Part shown: piece after piece, positions 12,850 to 25,890 of the stretch
Layout: every line of letters begins with the position of its first letter
How positions within the stretch are numbered: position 1 is the first letter of the stretch
From: Tubulanus polymorphus
Taxonomy: Eukaryota; Animalia; Nemertea
Assembly: GCF_964204645.1 (NCBI RefSeq)
Contig: NC_134032.1
Coordinates: forward strand, 11,086,275 to 11,150,274
Direction of reading: 5' to 3'
Length of the DNA: 64,000 nucleotides
Notes under the pieces: generated by a model
Told to the model about the DNA's origin: nothing
Databases searched by the model: none
Seen by the model: the letters and a program-made list of their open reading frames with translations, nothing else
Position numbers and translations under genes: made by a program

Positions 12850-13300
12850 AAAAAACGAGACAAAATGAACAGAGAACTAGAACAAAAAACTAACACTATT
12901 TCTATTATTATTACCATATTAAGTGCTCTGTAGAAGCAATAGTTATAGGGTTTTATATGTATAGGAAAAGATAGTGTGTGAGCACGATAGCGCACACTAG
13001 ATGTGTGCTGGTGCGCACACTGAAGGCAAGTGGCTCAAATTACAAGGAGGGAGTATGTTGATAAGAAAGAGCAGCATTGAGTAACTATATTTAAAATGAA
13101 AGGACTTTTAAGGGATGGTGAGTGTAGTCCAGGAGGGAGTAGAATGGAAGTAGCAGGGATAAGGCATACCAAATAGGGAGAGGATAGAAGCGGGTAAAAG
13201 ATTAGTTTTCAAAACGTCTTTAAACAGTTAAGACTATCAATAGATCTAAGGTTGGATGGTAATCCATTCCAGATAAAAGGTCCTGAAAATTCAAAACAAA
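12850..13300 (-). mobile_element. CR1/L2-type LINE 3' end remnant
   Basis: Minus-strand FSGPFIWNGLPSNLRSIDSLNCLK matches the G..WN.LP...R C-terminal motif; short (TAA)n-like tail. Confidence 0.55.
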
Positions 13301-13368
13301 GTCAGCTCTCTTGTATCATTGTGATATATTTGACCTCGTTTATTTCAACAATTTCAGACATCTTTTTT

Positions 13369-14823
13369 CTATTTTGATAATCTCCGATCGTCCAAATCCA
13401 GATTCGAGGAGACGCTGTGTGTTGAATTGAACGTACTGTAATCCACTCCGGTTCCATCACCGACTTCAATTAGGTTCTGGTCGTCTGCAGTTCTGTCACG
13501 CGCTAGTTTAGATTGTTCGTCCCAATCTAAAATCAATAAAGCGTACGGAACGAATATCAACGAATTTAAAACGCACGAACTCTGATATCCTATTACTATA
13601 CTTAATGCGCCTAACCGAGTAAAATATAATAAAATCAAGCCTAACGATGTTCCTATAATCAAAGACACGAAACAAGTTACTGAAATCAGGGCTATTTTAG
13701 CGCATCCTCGAATAGCAGCGTTGAATACGGCATTTACAGCAAATAGAGGCAAACTCGCTCCGACATTTATTAGCAAAAATTTCAATTCGGCTTGGACCGA
13801 TTTATCGCTAGAAAATCCCCGAGCTAAAACAGCGTGAAGCGAACATATTAATGCACCCAAAACTACGGCAACCGTCATCGATATACCTTGATAAAAGAAC
13901 AAAGCTCGTTTGGCCGTCTTACCGTCCCTGGATGATAAAAGGAAACCGACTCTCATACTACACGCTTCAGATATGCCATAAAAGATATTGCAGTTAAAAT
14001 TGATCACTTGCAACGAGACGCTCAACGCTACAAGTTCGACCATTCCGAAAGTTCCCATCAGTAACAGGCCGATTGTCATAGAAAGTGTATATGACAATTT
14101 TGATATCGTCGTTCCAAGGGCCATACTAGCTACCTCCCATAGATTCTTAAAGACGTCCATACTAGTTCTGTATAAAGCGACAGTATCTTTGTTAGTTAAA
14201 TGACATGCTATAGCCATGGCGACCACTGCGTTGAAATAATAGATGACCAGCGCTATAGCTGGCCCCAGACTGGCCATACCTAGTACAATAACCATGACGT
14301 AACAGACGACTGCGCTGAAAACGTTGTTGACTATTGCTACAATAACAACTGGTAAAATTACATTCTGTGACATTAGAAAATGCGTAAAATTATCATAAGC
14401 AAAAACAAAAATGTTATCCGGCGATGTTACCGCAAGCATTCTTCCAGCTTCTACGGCAACGGTTGCATTTTGTCCGAAAACAATGAAGATTTTATCAACA
14501 GTAAAATTAATCGGTAGCAAAACTAAACCGGTACAAACCACTATCAACAATCCTCTCTGTAACAACAAGCGTGAAAAACGATAGTTTTTGGCGCCGAAAG
14601 CTTGCGAGAATAGTCCTTCAATACCCATATCTAACGAATACAGGAGTTCGAAAAACGTGTCCGTCAAAGAAAAGGCGGCTTGCGAAATTAAATTCGATTG
14701 TCCAACTATTATAGCAAACGTTAGAAAAGGTAAATCGGCTAAAACGAGAACGACTGTAATCGGCCATGACGTCACGAGAAAAAAACGTAATTCCTCGCAT
14801 AACCAATCCGGAAGTTGCTTCAT
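13369..14823 (-). CDS. MATE transporter copy 3, intronless, 484 aa
   Basis: Paralogue of copies 1 and 2; carries E>K (TISKLSY) and D>N (FAVNAVF) substitutions. Confidence 0.92.
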   Translation of the reverse strand: MKQLPDWLCEELRFFLVTSWPITVVLVLADLPFLTFAIIVGQSNLISQAAFSLTDTFFELLYSLDMGIEGLFSQAFGAKNYRFSRLLLQRGLLIVVCTGLVLLPINFTVDKIFIVFGQNATVAVEAGRMLAVTSPDNIFVFAYDNFTHFLMSQNVILPVVIVAIVNNVFSAVVCYVMVIVLGMASLGPAIALVIYYFNAVVAMAIACHLTNKDTVALYRTSMDVFKNLWEVASMALGTTISKLSYTLSMTIGLLLMGTFGMVELVALSVSLQVINFNCNIFYGISEACSMRVGFLLSSRDGKTAKRALFFYQGISMTVAVVLGALICSLHAVLARGFSSDKSVQAELKFLLINVGASLPLFAVNAVFNAAIRGCAKIALISVTCFVSLIIGTSLGLILLYFTRLGALSIVIGYQSSCVLNSLIFVPYALLILDWDEQSKLARDRTADDQNLIEVGDGTGVDYSTFNSTHSVSSNLDLDDRRLSK

Positions 14824-17632
14824 TATCACGATTTCCTCCCAGCAGCTGCTTGATCAATATTGCTAAAATACGCTTTTCGATATTCTAGTATTAGAAAAGG
14901 AGTTAAGATTCTAAATTTGTCCTCATTCCGACAGAATAAGTGAAATAATAACCAATTGATGAAACACTATTCCGTGTTGTGACGATACACAGAGAAGTTT
15001 CCTTTCAGATCAGCTGTAAATTCATCCGACGTTTCAATCCTAAATAGTCATCATCATTCAGAACGTGAAATAAATCCTCGGGTAGAGAATTCAAATAGTC
15101 GGGAAATCCATTATAGCAAAAACAGCGCATAACCTCTTTTTCTAACGAGTAACATTTAAATGTTTTGTTGCGTATGTTTTCGGGATCTCATTTCCTGTCG
15201 GCAGGTATAAGGCATAGAGCTAGTGATTAGATTTAGTATAGATTCCTTGATGTCCACGGTAGGTTGTTTTTCTCATTCAACAACTCGTTTAGCTTAAACG
15301 ACTAGTTAGAATTTTGAAACGTTTGAGCAGCCAGAAGGTCACAGGTATTTCTAATTATAAACTCAGGCCCGTTCCGAGCTTTTTTGAGGGCATTTCTATT
15401 TCAAGAAGAAGGGCACTGTTTATCGTGAAAAGAGGGAACATTCCTATTGAAAAAGGACAGATCTTAGATATGAGTGGCCGGGTACATAAATAAATTATTT
15501 GGGAATGGATGCTTTTCATTTTCCGGAAACAACACGAAAATTGTATTTAAATTTCGAAAAATCTTGACCCAAATCTGTTTAAAACTGGCTTTGGAGGGCG
15601 CTAACAAGATTGAAAAAAAATCATAGTGATTTCCGAGTTTCTCGTTCAAATAATTGTTGATTGAAACATATTCTATATATATTCGAACATGCGTCAGGTT
15701 ATATTCTGAATGTACTCAAGCGGAGTTCCTCAAGGAAGCGTGCTTGCTCCGATGCTTTTCGTGAATTATAAAGACAACTTCTGCAAAAAAACAAAAAACT
15801 ACCACACTGATGAAGCTATTTGCGAACGACACGAAATCATACGAAGGTAGGCCTAAGAGTATCATAGGCATGCGAGTAATGTAGCTTAAGGTTTTTCGAT
15901 AAGTTTCTTTATTGAAATGAAATAATCATACATTTTACGAAGAAGGAGCAAAGCAGACGTTTCCGCTGTTGAACATTAAGGGGCAACACTTGCGTTTTCC
16001 CGGGCAGTCGTTATCGCTGTGGCAGCTGTCAATACCGTTAGCGATCAGATTAGCGGGGAACGGACATTTACCAGGTTTACCGACTGAAAAAAAATGTCAT
16101 TCGCATAGAAATTATATCGACTAAATGCAAACAAAAAATCTCCGTTTAGAGACCCTTCAACTTCGAGGCCAATTCAAGAAACCATTATCACTTAACTGCG
16201 TGTTTTGATCGTAATCGCTCGGAATCAGAATCAATCGGGTCCTGTTCGCGATCCCTATTCATTTTGTTATTTGAATTCGTATCACTTAAGTGTTGTTTTG
16301 TGAATATTTGTGTGTATAGGCCTATGTGTAACATTTTTCCTCCATATACCATAGAAATGGTTGGAGTGTTAATAAATTCGTAATTCATAATTCATAATTC
16401 AACGAAGACGGGATAACGAAAATCCCCCCCCCCCCGAAATCAAAACAAATCGTGTTTGAAATAAATAATTATGATAATCAATTATTATGCAATGTGATTA
16501 TTAAACTTATCTAGAAGCGACTGTATGACAGAATATTCGCCAACCACTGATGGATCTCACTTACCATACATACAGCGTGCCTCTTCACATAGTCCGCCCT
16601 CGCACCACGGATGGAATATCCTACACTCATGAGACTCTTCACAGTTCACACCCTGTTCATCAAACATTCACATAAATCAATACATCTCTCAATTGCTTTT
16701 GTCCCCATGCTATTTATTCTTATATTCAATGGAAACTATTTTCTTGACATTTTCTTCAACATATCAATAGAAAGGCCGAATAGGCATAAGTTTTTGAAAA
16801 TGACCCCTCTATTGATATACACAAGGTGTGTATAGACCTTATTCTTAGCGTAAACCAGGCGTAGGTCTACTCACCTCGCATGTAGCTGTTTTACCATGAA
16901 TAGCGGCCGCTTCTAAACTGACTATACCTAACTACAACGAGTAAATAAACAGTAAAGAATTGATATACAAATCCTTTCAAACTATATGTTAAAAAATGAA
17001 AGTTATCTAATCACGATAAGGTAAATTATATTTTTTTTCGTAGAAAAACATTTGTTTCATCTTTAAACTTACGGCCAGTAATAAAACCGCGAATGAAAAC
17101 TTCATTTCTGAGACCATTTTCGTGCCGTCTGCTGCTTGTGTAGTTGCTGTCTGTGATAGTGATATCGACTCTCGTTCTGGGGTCGTTTTTAATGTATTAA
17201 CTTAAGATAAACACATTTTATTTCAATCAGTATCAGTTTCACTGATGGCAAATTCCCACAGTGCGACTGTTTATCAAGATCCATATTAACAACCCCAAAC
17301 ACCTCATAGAACGGAATGTCAGAAATGTCGGAAAGAGGATCCATAAGATAAATTTCTAGATAAAATCATAAAATCGTATAAACTGCATCTTAATGTATCT
17401 GCAGCGGGGAATCAGTTGCAGATGACGATTTTAAACTTTCTCTTATTTAGAAAAAGGTATCTATACAATTTGCGGCAGTGTTTTTGTTATAGTTTCGGCA
17501 GTGTTTTCAGGTCCGTACTGCACAGTGGTGTCAGATCTTGACCGTCAAGTGCTGCCCCTATATATATCAGTGGCGGTAGATACGTGAACTAACTTGGCGG
17601 CACAATATACTTACTGTGGCATGCGTGTAATC

Positions 17633-18104
17633 AATAAGCCTTTTTACAGTTTCCAGGCGCCATTTTTTTGGGTACCCACCGGGTCCGCATTGTTGAATTT
17701 TTTGTCCCTATTTTTCTCCGGTTTAATATTTTTATTTCGTTCTTATCTCTGGATTTGATTAAGATAGAAACAAAGTAAAAATATCGATGAACTCGGCTGA
17801 TAATAAACTTTATGATATCACTCATTTATTAAGTTAATGCAACAATGTGCGCTGGTGAAGTTATAAACATTGATATCGTCTTCCCGATAATTCAACTTGA
17901 ATTATTGCTCATCTCATTCCAAAGTTCGTAATTCTTACAAATTTTATTCTAAATTTTTTAGTTTTCGAGATCAATAGACACCTTTATGTGGTCTTATATT
18001 CTTTTTACCGTTTTCAATTATCTTTATTATTTTTTAAGTAATTGCGAGTCAAACTTCCAAAACACGTTTTCCCGGGTCCCCTGCGTGCATCTTTATATCA
18101 GGAA
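17633..18104 (-). mobile_element. Dispersed repeat family A copy
   Basis: Reverse complement of 56087-56563. Confidence 0.8.
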
Positions 18105-18129
18105 ATTTCACAATTTCACCGGCCCCTAC

Positions 18130-21100
18130 TTTGTTGAAAATCTATGTTTTAAGTAACCATGGAAATAAGGGCACCTAGGTTTTTGAAAAACAATTATGGC
18201 AGCCCACAATCGCAGATTAGCAGTAAACATATCAGCAATTGAATTTCTTGTCTGGATATATTCTTTCAATAGAAAGGTCACCTTTTGAAGAGTAATACTA
18301 TTGGTGTGATCTTTTCAATACAAGTTTGTTCTGTGAAATGCTAAAACAAGCAGATCTAATCATACTGGGTTCTATCTTATGGGCTTCGATAAGTTCTGAG
18401 ACTGAATACTTCTCAAGTAATTTTAGGCATTTGATTTCTAAGATACCATATTCATTTTGGGTTGATATATAAACCAAACCATCTGGACTACAGGCTAACT
18501 GTGGAAGATCTATGTTCACCCAGAGACATGTCTTTGTGACAGTATATGTTGGGTTGATAGCAGAGTATAGACTAAGAGCCCTGTCCTCGATGTCATTACC
18601 TCTCTTCATATAATAGGTTGTCACAGTATCAATGCTCCAAACATTTTTCTTCAGGTAGTTTTTGGCACGGATAAAAACGGGTTCAAGTCCAGTATAGCGT
18701 CGAATAGTTCCCCGCTCAAAGATACATTTATAGAAAAGGGGTTATTCGGCTGCGACCGATTCTACTCATCGACAATGTCTACAACCCCGATTGTCGACCG
18801 ATTCTACTCGTCGACAATGTCTACAATCCTGATTGTCGACCGATTCTACTCGTCGACAATGTCTACAACCCCGATTGTCAACCGATTCTACTCGTCGACA
18901 ATGTCTACAATCCTGATTGTGAAAAGCAACTGACGGAAGCACGCAGCTCCTCGATCCCAGCCACTCTATATAAGGGTAATCCACGCACACACGCAGCCCC
19001 TCGATCCCGGCCACTCATTATAAGGGTTGTTCTAAATCGACGAAACGAATCCTCGAAAATCTATTGAACACGAAAGCACAGCTACATTTCAAACTCAGCG
19101 TGTTTATTTTAGCAACTAACGATGCTGCACTATGCCATATAATGCCGGTTTGCTACAAATATGAAAATATATATAAGTAATCAATTCAATTTATGCAAAG
19201 AAAACTAACCCACAGCAAATCTAAAAATTCGTTACTTACAATTACTTTAGCTCCTCGAGCAAGTTTCTACGAAAATGACCAATGCTCAACTGTGAGATAT
19301 TCAATATATACTGTATATATAATGTACTAGACTTAGTAACAACAAAGCATGGAGAGGTTCAATGAAGGGTTACAAATCCTACAGTACTAAAGCTAAACTC
19401 GACTACAATAAAATTCTATAGCAGCAAACCGGACTTCAATTTACAACAAGGGTAATCCACGCACACACGCAGCCCCTCGATAGCAGCCACTCTATATAAC
19501 GATAATCCACGCACACACCCCCCCTCGCTCCCAGCCACTTTATATAAGGGTGATCCACGCACACACGCAGCCCCTCGATCCCGGCCACTCATTATAAAGG
19601 GCCATCCACGCACACACGCAGCCCCTCGATAGCAGCCACTCTATATAAGGGTGATCCACGCACACACGCGGCCCCTCGATCCCAGCCACTCTATATAAGG
19701 GTGATCCACGCACACACGCAGCCCCTCGATAGCAGCCACTCTATATAAGGGTAATCCACGCACACACCACCCCTCGATCCCAGCCACTTTATATAAGGGT
19801 GATCCACGCACACACGCGGCCCCTCGATCTCGGCCACTCTATATAAGGGTAATCCACGCACACACCACCCCTCGATCCCAGCCACTTTATATAAGGGTGA
19901 TCCACGCACACACGCGGCCCCTCGATCCCAGCCACTCTATATAAGGGTAATCCACGCACACACCATCCCTCGATCCCAGCCACTTTATATAAGGGTGATC
20001 CACGCACACACGCGGCCCCTCGATCCCAGCCACTCTATATAAGGGTAATCCACGCACACACGCAGCCCCTCGATCCCAGCCACTCTATATAAGATTGTAT
20101 AAACATGATTGTAGACATTGTCGACGAGTAAAATCGGTCGACAATCGGGGTTGTAGACATTGTCGACGAGTAAAATCGGTCGGCAATCAGGATTGCAGAC
20201 ATTGTTGACGAGTAGAATCGGTCGACAATCGGGGGTTGTAGACATTGTCGACGAGTAGAATCGGACGACAATCGGGGTTGTAGACATTGTCGACGAGTAG
20301 AATCGGACGACAATCGGGGTTGTAGACATTTTCGACGAGTAGAATCGGACGACAATCGGGGTTGTAGACATTGTCGACGAGTAGAATCGGCCGACATTTA
20401 GGATTGATAGATCTCTACTTTTACCTGTTCTGGAGTTGAGCCGCACGTCCTATGGCGTAATGTCGTAAGATTCAATCAGTCCAATATTGGCGGATTAATT
20501 CCAAATACCAGTCCAATGTGATAAGTCTCTGCTGGAACTATTTAATGCTATAATGGACTTAAGCCTAAAAACGCTAGTGGACAGTTCCTTTTCAACAGCA
20601 GACCATAACAAAACAGTTTCTTTTGCGTGGGATGCAGTCATCCTGACATAACGGAATGGGAATGCCAATAATCGCTGGATGATTGTTTCACAGTGCCCGG
20701 AATCATAACTGCATGAGCAGGTCTGGGGTCAAACTTAATTATTTCTTTTTTTTTGCGTGTCGCTGTATACAGCTTTATTAATACTTGCAGGTGCTTTTGT
20801 TTTGCTGCGTTTCTTCCACTGGCAGGGTACCGAAGTACATGCTGGGGATTGTGTTCCAACACGGTCGTGGCATAATAATAAAGCTGCAACATGGCTACAG
20901 CGAGATAAAGCCAATGCTTTACAATGGCAACTTGCATCCTTAATTGCTCCACTAATCTTAGACATAGATACAGTTACCGAATACAGAAGTTTTTTCATAG
21001 ATGCATTGACTTTCCCCTTGAAAAACACAATATCGTTTGAAATTTTAACAAAGACTTCACTAACAAAACGATTTCACATATTGTCTACCCCTGGTAAGCT

Positions 21101-21400
21101 GCTTCTGTGTTGGTAAGGAAGAGTAAGATGTGTCATCCTGGTCACTGTCATCGTCGACTGTACTGGAAAATGACGGGAGAGATTCAACTAGCCAGTAATA
21201 AACGTGTTCATAGTTGAATGATTGGGGTAGTACTCTGGCTTGAACTCACTCCAGCCTGTTATCGGTATGAGTGTAGGCTGAATTGTCGTATTTGCTGATT
21301 TGTTTTGTTCTAGCATCTTCTTTTCATACCATTTTCCCTTATCAATCTTGATGTCCCGCGATCTGTTTGCCAAATGCTCTAGCAGCCTCACATCTGCAAA
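18130..21400 (-). pseudogene. Decayed SWIM zinc finger + YqaJ (lambda-exonuclease-like) gene, typical of the ISL2EU transposon accessory ORF
   Basis: CHCKALALSRCSHVAALL..CTSVPCQW (20735..21028) and LACSPDGLV..GILEIKC (18298..18624); frameshifted and split by a repeat insertion. Confidence 0.75.
18750..20395. repeat. Foldback-like minisatellite cassette: inverted arrays of a 42-bp unit around an array of 48-50-bp units
   Basis: 42-bp unit accgattctactcgtcgacaatgtctacaaccccgattgtcg occurs about 4 times at 18755-18920 and about 7 times inverted at 20109-20395. About 13 copies of ccacgcacac..cctcgatcccagccactctatataaggg lie at 19450-20092. Confidence 0.9.
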
Positions 21401-21590
21401 AAAATAAGAAAATACACAATTTAGGATGTTTGCAATTGTAAAGAAAAATGTTGCTTTTTAATGAGGGAAATCAAAATATTCATATAAAAATTTTCAATAA
21501 ACCTTGGCTTTGAGTGTACAATAAGTATATTTGTTATTGTGATGGAATATGTCCATCAGTCGTTTTCTGTGTTGTAACTGGAGGGTGCTG

Positions 21591-22050
21591 CCACAGGCAC
21601 TTGAATATGGGCTTTGATAATGGATAAGTATTTGATAATTCACCAGCGATACGTTAATCCTACTTTGATAGATCCGCCATGTTTTATAATAAATTTACCC
21701 ATGATGCAACGCGCGGCCGTCGTTTAGCTATACTATACAGAAAGGCTGGAAACGATCCTATCTCCGTAATGCTTAAATCTACCCGCAGTTATCGGGACAG
21801 CCGAACACTGCCGATGATTGCCGAAGTACGTCCTTAGTGTCAATTTTAACCCTGATATATAAGGAGCGCCCATAATTTCAATTGTAGATGATTTTTTGGA
21901 AACATTGACACTGTTTTAGCTCCATTAAAGATTTTAAATGGCAACAAAATTGATTTTTGAAAATTCGCGATGCCTCTTCGGGATTGCTGTGACGTCATCT
22001 GTCCCGATAACTGCGGGTAGATTTAAGCATTACGGAGATAGGATCGTTTC
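21591..22050 (-). mobile_element. Truncated copy of the 33516-34139 palindromic element
   Basis: Near-identical arm and reverse-complemented spacer; second arm cut at 22050. Confidence 0.85.
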
Positions 22051-22054
22051 CTAT

Positions 22055-24033
22055 GGAAGACCTCAGACGACATACGAGATATGAGATATAACATACGAGA
22101 TATGAGATGCAACATACGAGATACGACATATGACATACGAGATACGACTTATTTACAGTCCGTCCGCTAGCGCCACCGCAGTGTATGTTTTTTCAATATT
22201 TACTGCATATAAATCGTTTAACATGGTGACGCGTACAGTCATCGTCAATTATATGAAAACCAACATAGTCAACATTTTACTCAAACCAGAAATAGATTTC
22301 TTTTGGATAATGGACACCTGGACCGGACACAACGATATTAGGCCATACTGTGAACACCCTGGACTAGGCGCGCCGGCCGTTCCTCTCCCGCGGGCGACGA
22401 AAAGTTTTTCAAATCACAAAACTAAAAAGATATCAAACTGTTCAAGTTCATAATATTATGCTATTTCTTGTCTTCCTTTGGTCTGAAAACGGCCTGGTGT
22501 TCAGGAGCCGGGGTTCCGGTTACTCGATGCCTGCAGAAAAAATAACTACTGTTCACCGCTCGCCGTAACCGCCGGCTTTTCTGCATCAGAAATCAAAATT
22601 CTAAAAAAAACTCCGCAGCCGGAAATCCCGCCCCCCTTGTACCCCTCCTCCGCTGTTTGACACCTCTGCCTGAGTTCTTGAATCCCAAACAACCCGGGAA
22701 CCCGCACATCACCCTGGTATCCAGATTAAGAACTCCCGTGCTCTCTCTCAAGGTTTGAAATCCCCAGCTAAATTCCATCCCTATCGAGCTACCGGGGTAG
22801 ACTGGTGAGTCCACTAGACCAGCCGTTGAGAGTCGAGACTGGCCAGTTTTCGCTAACTGTCAGGGCAGTATGCGGCACTGTCTTTCTGAAGCCATAGTTT
22901 GGGGTCCTCCCCTGAAAATTTGTTCAATTTAGGTACTTGTGTATTCTGAAGGCTTTTTGGCTATCTTTCTTTTCCGACATCTTTCATGAAAAGGGCCAAT
23001 GGCTGAATCTGAATAACTTTCATAATCGGAGAATCCAATTTAAGATCATTCTTATCAATTATCATGGCCAGTTTTAAAACTGTTTATTGACAAAAGTACA
23101 GGAACCACATAAATAAGTCTTCAGCAAAACACAACAGCTCTTACATTTGTAAAGATAAGAGATCCATGGAAATATCAAGTAACATTTCTTTAGACAGGGA
23201 ATTAGCGGAACACCGGAACGTTGCTCGTATGGTGTGTTTGCACCCGTCGCAAAAAACGTCGTGATAAACGAAATCAGCTGGACTAGGGCCAGGAGCTGAG
23301 AGTGATACAATGGAACTCCATTCTGATATTTAATGAATAATTCATTCAATAAATTTATGATATCTTTAGTATTCTTAATTTATGTCCATGTTTCAATTCA
23401 TTTGTTGAAATCATAGTACACTAAACAGATTCCGCGTGTGTCGGACTTTTTTTTAAACTCTTTGGTCATCGGCATTCGTAATATACATACATCTTTCATT
23501 CTTCATCGAAAACCCTCGATCGAACGCGAAGTTTAAACCCTTGACTAGGCGCAATTCTTACTGACCACCAATTTGAAGGGGCCATGGCTAACTCTTTTTG
23601 AGGGATTTTTGTACACTAAAAAATGGAATTTGAGGCGTTTTTGGTGGATTTAGGGGCTGTAGCCCCGTATTTGGAGCCAACTCGAATCACCGGACCATCG
23701 GTGTCTCACACTACTAAGAGTGGCCGCCCACTGATGTCACAGCGAGAAGCCGGTCCCCGGGAGTGGTTGATCGAATATTTTTAAATGTTTTTCGTTTCAA
23801 ATGAAACGTTTTTCGCATATTGATATTCATAGTTAATGTATACGCCACTGCCTGCGCACGTGTCGTAGTATACGCCACAACGCCGAGTAGATGTTGAAAA
23901 ATATACACTGCGGTGGCGCTAGCGGACGGACACCCGTACTGTAAATAACGTATGTCATATGTCGTATCTCGTATGTTGCATCTCATATCTCGTATGTTAT
24001 ATCTCATATCTCGTATGTCGTCTGAGGTCTTCC
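22055..24033. mobile_element. Non-autonomous TIR element (~150-bp TIRs, GG termini, AT TSD; ISL2EU-like)
   Basis: at|ggaagacctcagacgacatacgag ... ctcgtatgtcgtctgaggtcttcc|at. Confidence 0.8.
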
Positions 24034-24879
24034 ATAACACAGTATATAGCCACGCACTCATCCACCACGGGCGTGCATATAAATTCCCCACCTATTCAAT
24101 TCTGTTCTACCAAATCATCATATTGTGTTACAACGCGCTGGCGGGTGGAAAATCGGACATCGCCGAAAAAGAAAAAAAAGTCGGAATTTTGTATACCCGA
24201 TCGTATCGTCGGAATTTCTTCACGCAAATCGGGAGGATTCCGAATAATTCGGGAGGGTTGGCAGCCCTGAACCATGGTTTAACAATGTCTATATGGGTTC
24301 TGAAATATCTGCACAAGAAGCATCTCAAAAAGTTAGTTATTGAATCTTAACTTAATTGTAGCAAAGCCATTAGTTATTAGTAATTGCCCTAGCTCTATTC
24401 AAATTGGCAGTTGAACAATATTTATATACTCGATTTATATACTCTTGCTGAATGCATAGAACAGAATACCTCCAATACTTTGCATTAAATGTAACATTTG
24501 AGAAAATAACCAATTTGATAATGTCTTGAAACCTCTTAAAGACAAGACAAAGGTGGCAAAACTAGCCATCTTGTAAAATAATGTTAATGAAAATTATATC
24601 AAAGACTGTTTATTTAATCTAATCTTTAGCTTTCCAGATTGAATTTGTGGTTTTATCTCCGGTTATGATGTTTTTATGTTTGAGACTTTTTTGAAATACG
24701 GGTCACGTTTTTGTAAATGACTGGGGCACTTTCTCCAGTACATGGATACCTGTCATTTATGTAGTTGTGGAGATAAAATGACATGTTCATGTCAATTGTT
24801 CATAAAACATTGATTTATTAAGGTCCTACCGAATAAAGTTGAGCTTTTTGTTGATAAATGAGATGTCCTCAATCGATGT

Positions 24880-25890
24880 CATTTGAAAAGTTGACATGAT
24901 CACGAAGGTACAGAGCCGCAACTTTCAGCGACCTTGACACCATCATGATGGATTCATATTTCATGAAATATAACAAAGTGTCGGTTATATTGACCTCATG
25001 AATTGTCAAATTCATAATCTTAGACTAGTCCAATTTTCGGTTTTTTATGGATCAAAGTTTATAATTCTGTGTGTATTTTTGTTATTTTCCTATTGATGCA
25101 AATTGTATAAATCAGCTGTAGTGGAAATGTATCGTAGATAAAGACTTCTAAATACCTTACATGTAACTTTGTTTTAAGTTAGTACAATTTCATACATAGT
25201 AATAGAAATAAAATTACTATTAAAATTTGAGAAAATAAGCTAAAAGTTAATATGATATGTGAGAATAAAATGATGTAAGAATGTAAATCAGATTGATTAC
25301 TTAATCCTACGCTTTCCAGAGTGTTTGGCCAGGTTTATCTTTGGTTTTAGTGCGGGAGCCATGGACTCACGGTTTAAGAGTCCATGGTAGTGGGCCATAG
25401 AGGTTTCTGTTTTATAGTTTATGGTTGGACCATGGGCGTATAAACTCTCGTTTATAGTTTATACGCCTATGGTGGTTGGACTAGTTGTTTTTGAAAGTCC
25501 GTGTTTGAGGAGCTTACATTATAATTCCTCGAGCACAAACCTGGCATTTTGTATAGTTGTTGTATGAGAATAAATATGATTGATTTTGAAATTTGTCATT
25601 CGTTTAGTTAAGCAACAAGTGTTACTAAAACGAAGCACTACTAAAAACGAAGACTATATGCACCCGAGAAAACCTACCAGGCAATTTACGTTTCCGGCAG
25701 AGGTGGTACAGATCGCGCCTCAAGTGATGATTTCGAGTATCTTCGGACTTCTTTTTAGTCATGCATAGTTCCAATACCCCAAAGTGCGTAGGTCTTCGTT
25801 TTAGTAGCGCATAGTTTTTAGTAACACCCCATTTCACTGCCCTGCTATAAAATTAAGTGAATTGCTATTCACGGCCGGCCCGTGAATCAT
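24880..25890 (+). mobile_element. Dispersed ~1-kb repeat family B
   Basis: Inverted high-identity copy at ~46800-47790; terminal hairpin ttcacgg-ccggc-ccgtgaa. Confidence 0.8.

Noticed and set aside
18766-20446. Cys-rich repetitive ORFs (CRHCRR.., CVDYPY..)
   Set aside because: By-products of the 42-bp and 49-bp minisatellites; no signal peptide or splice support.
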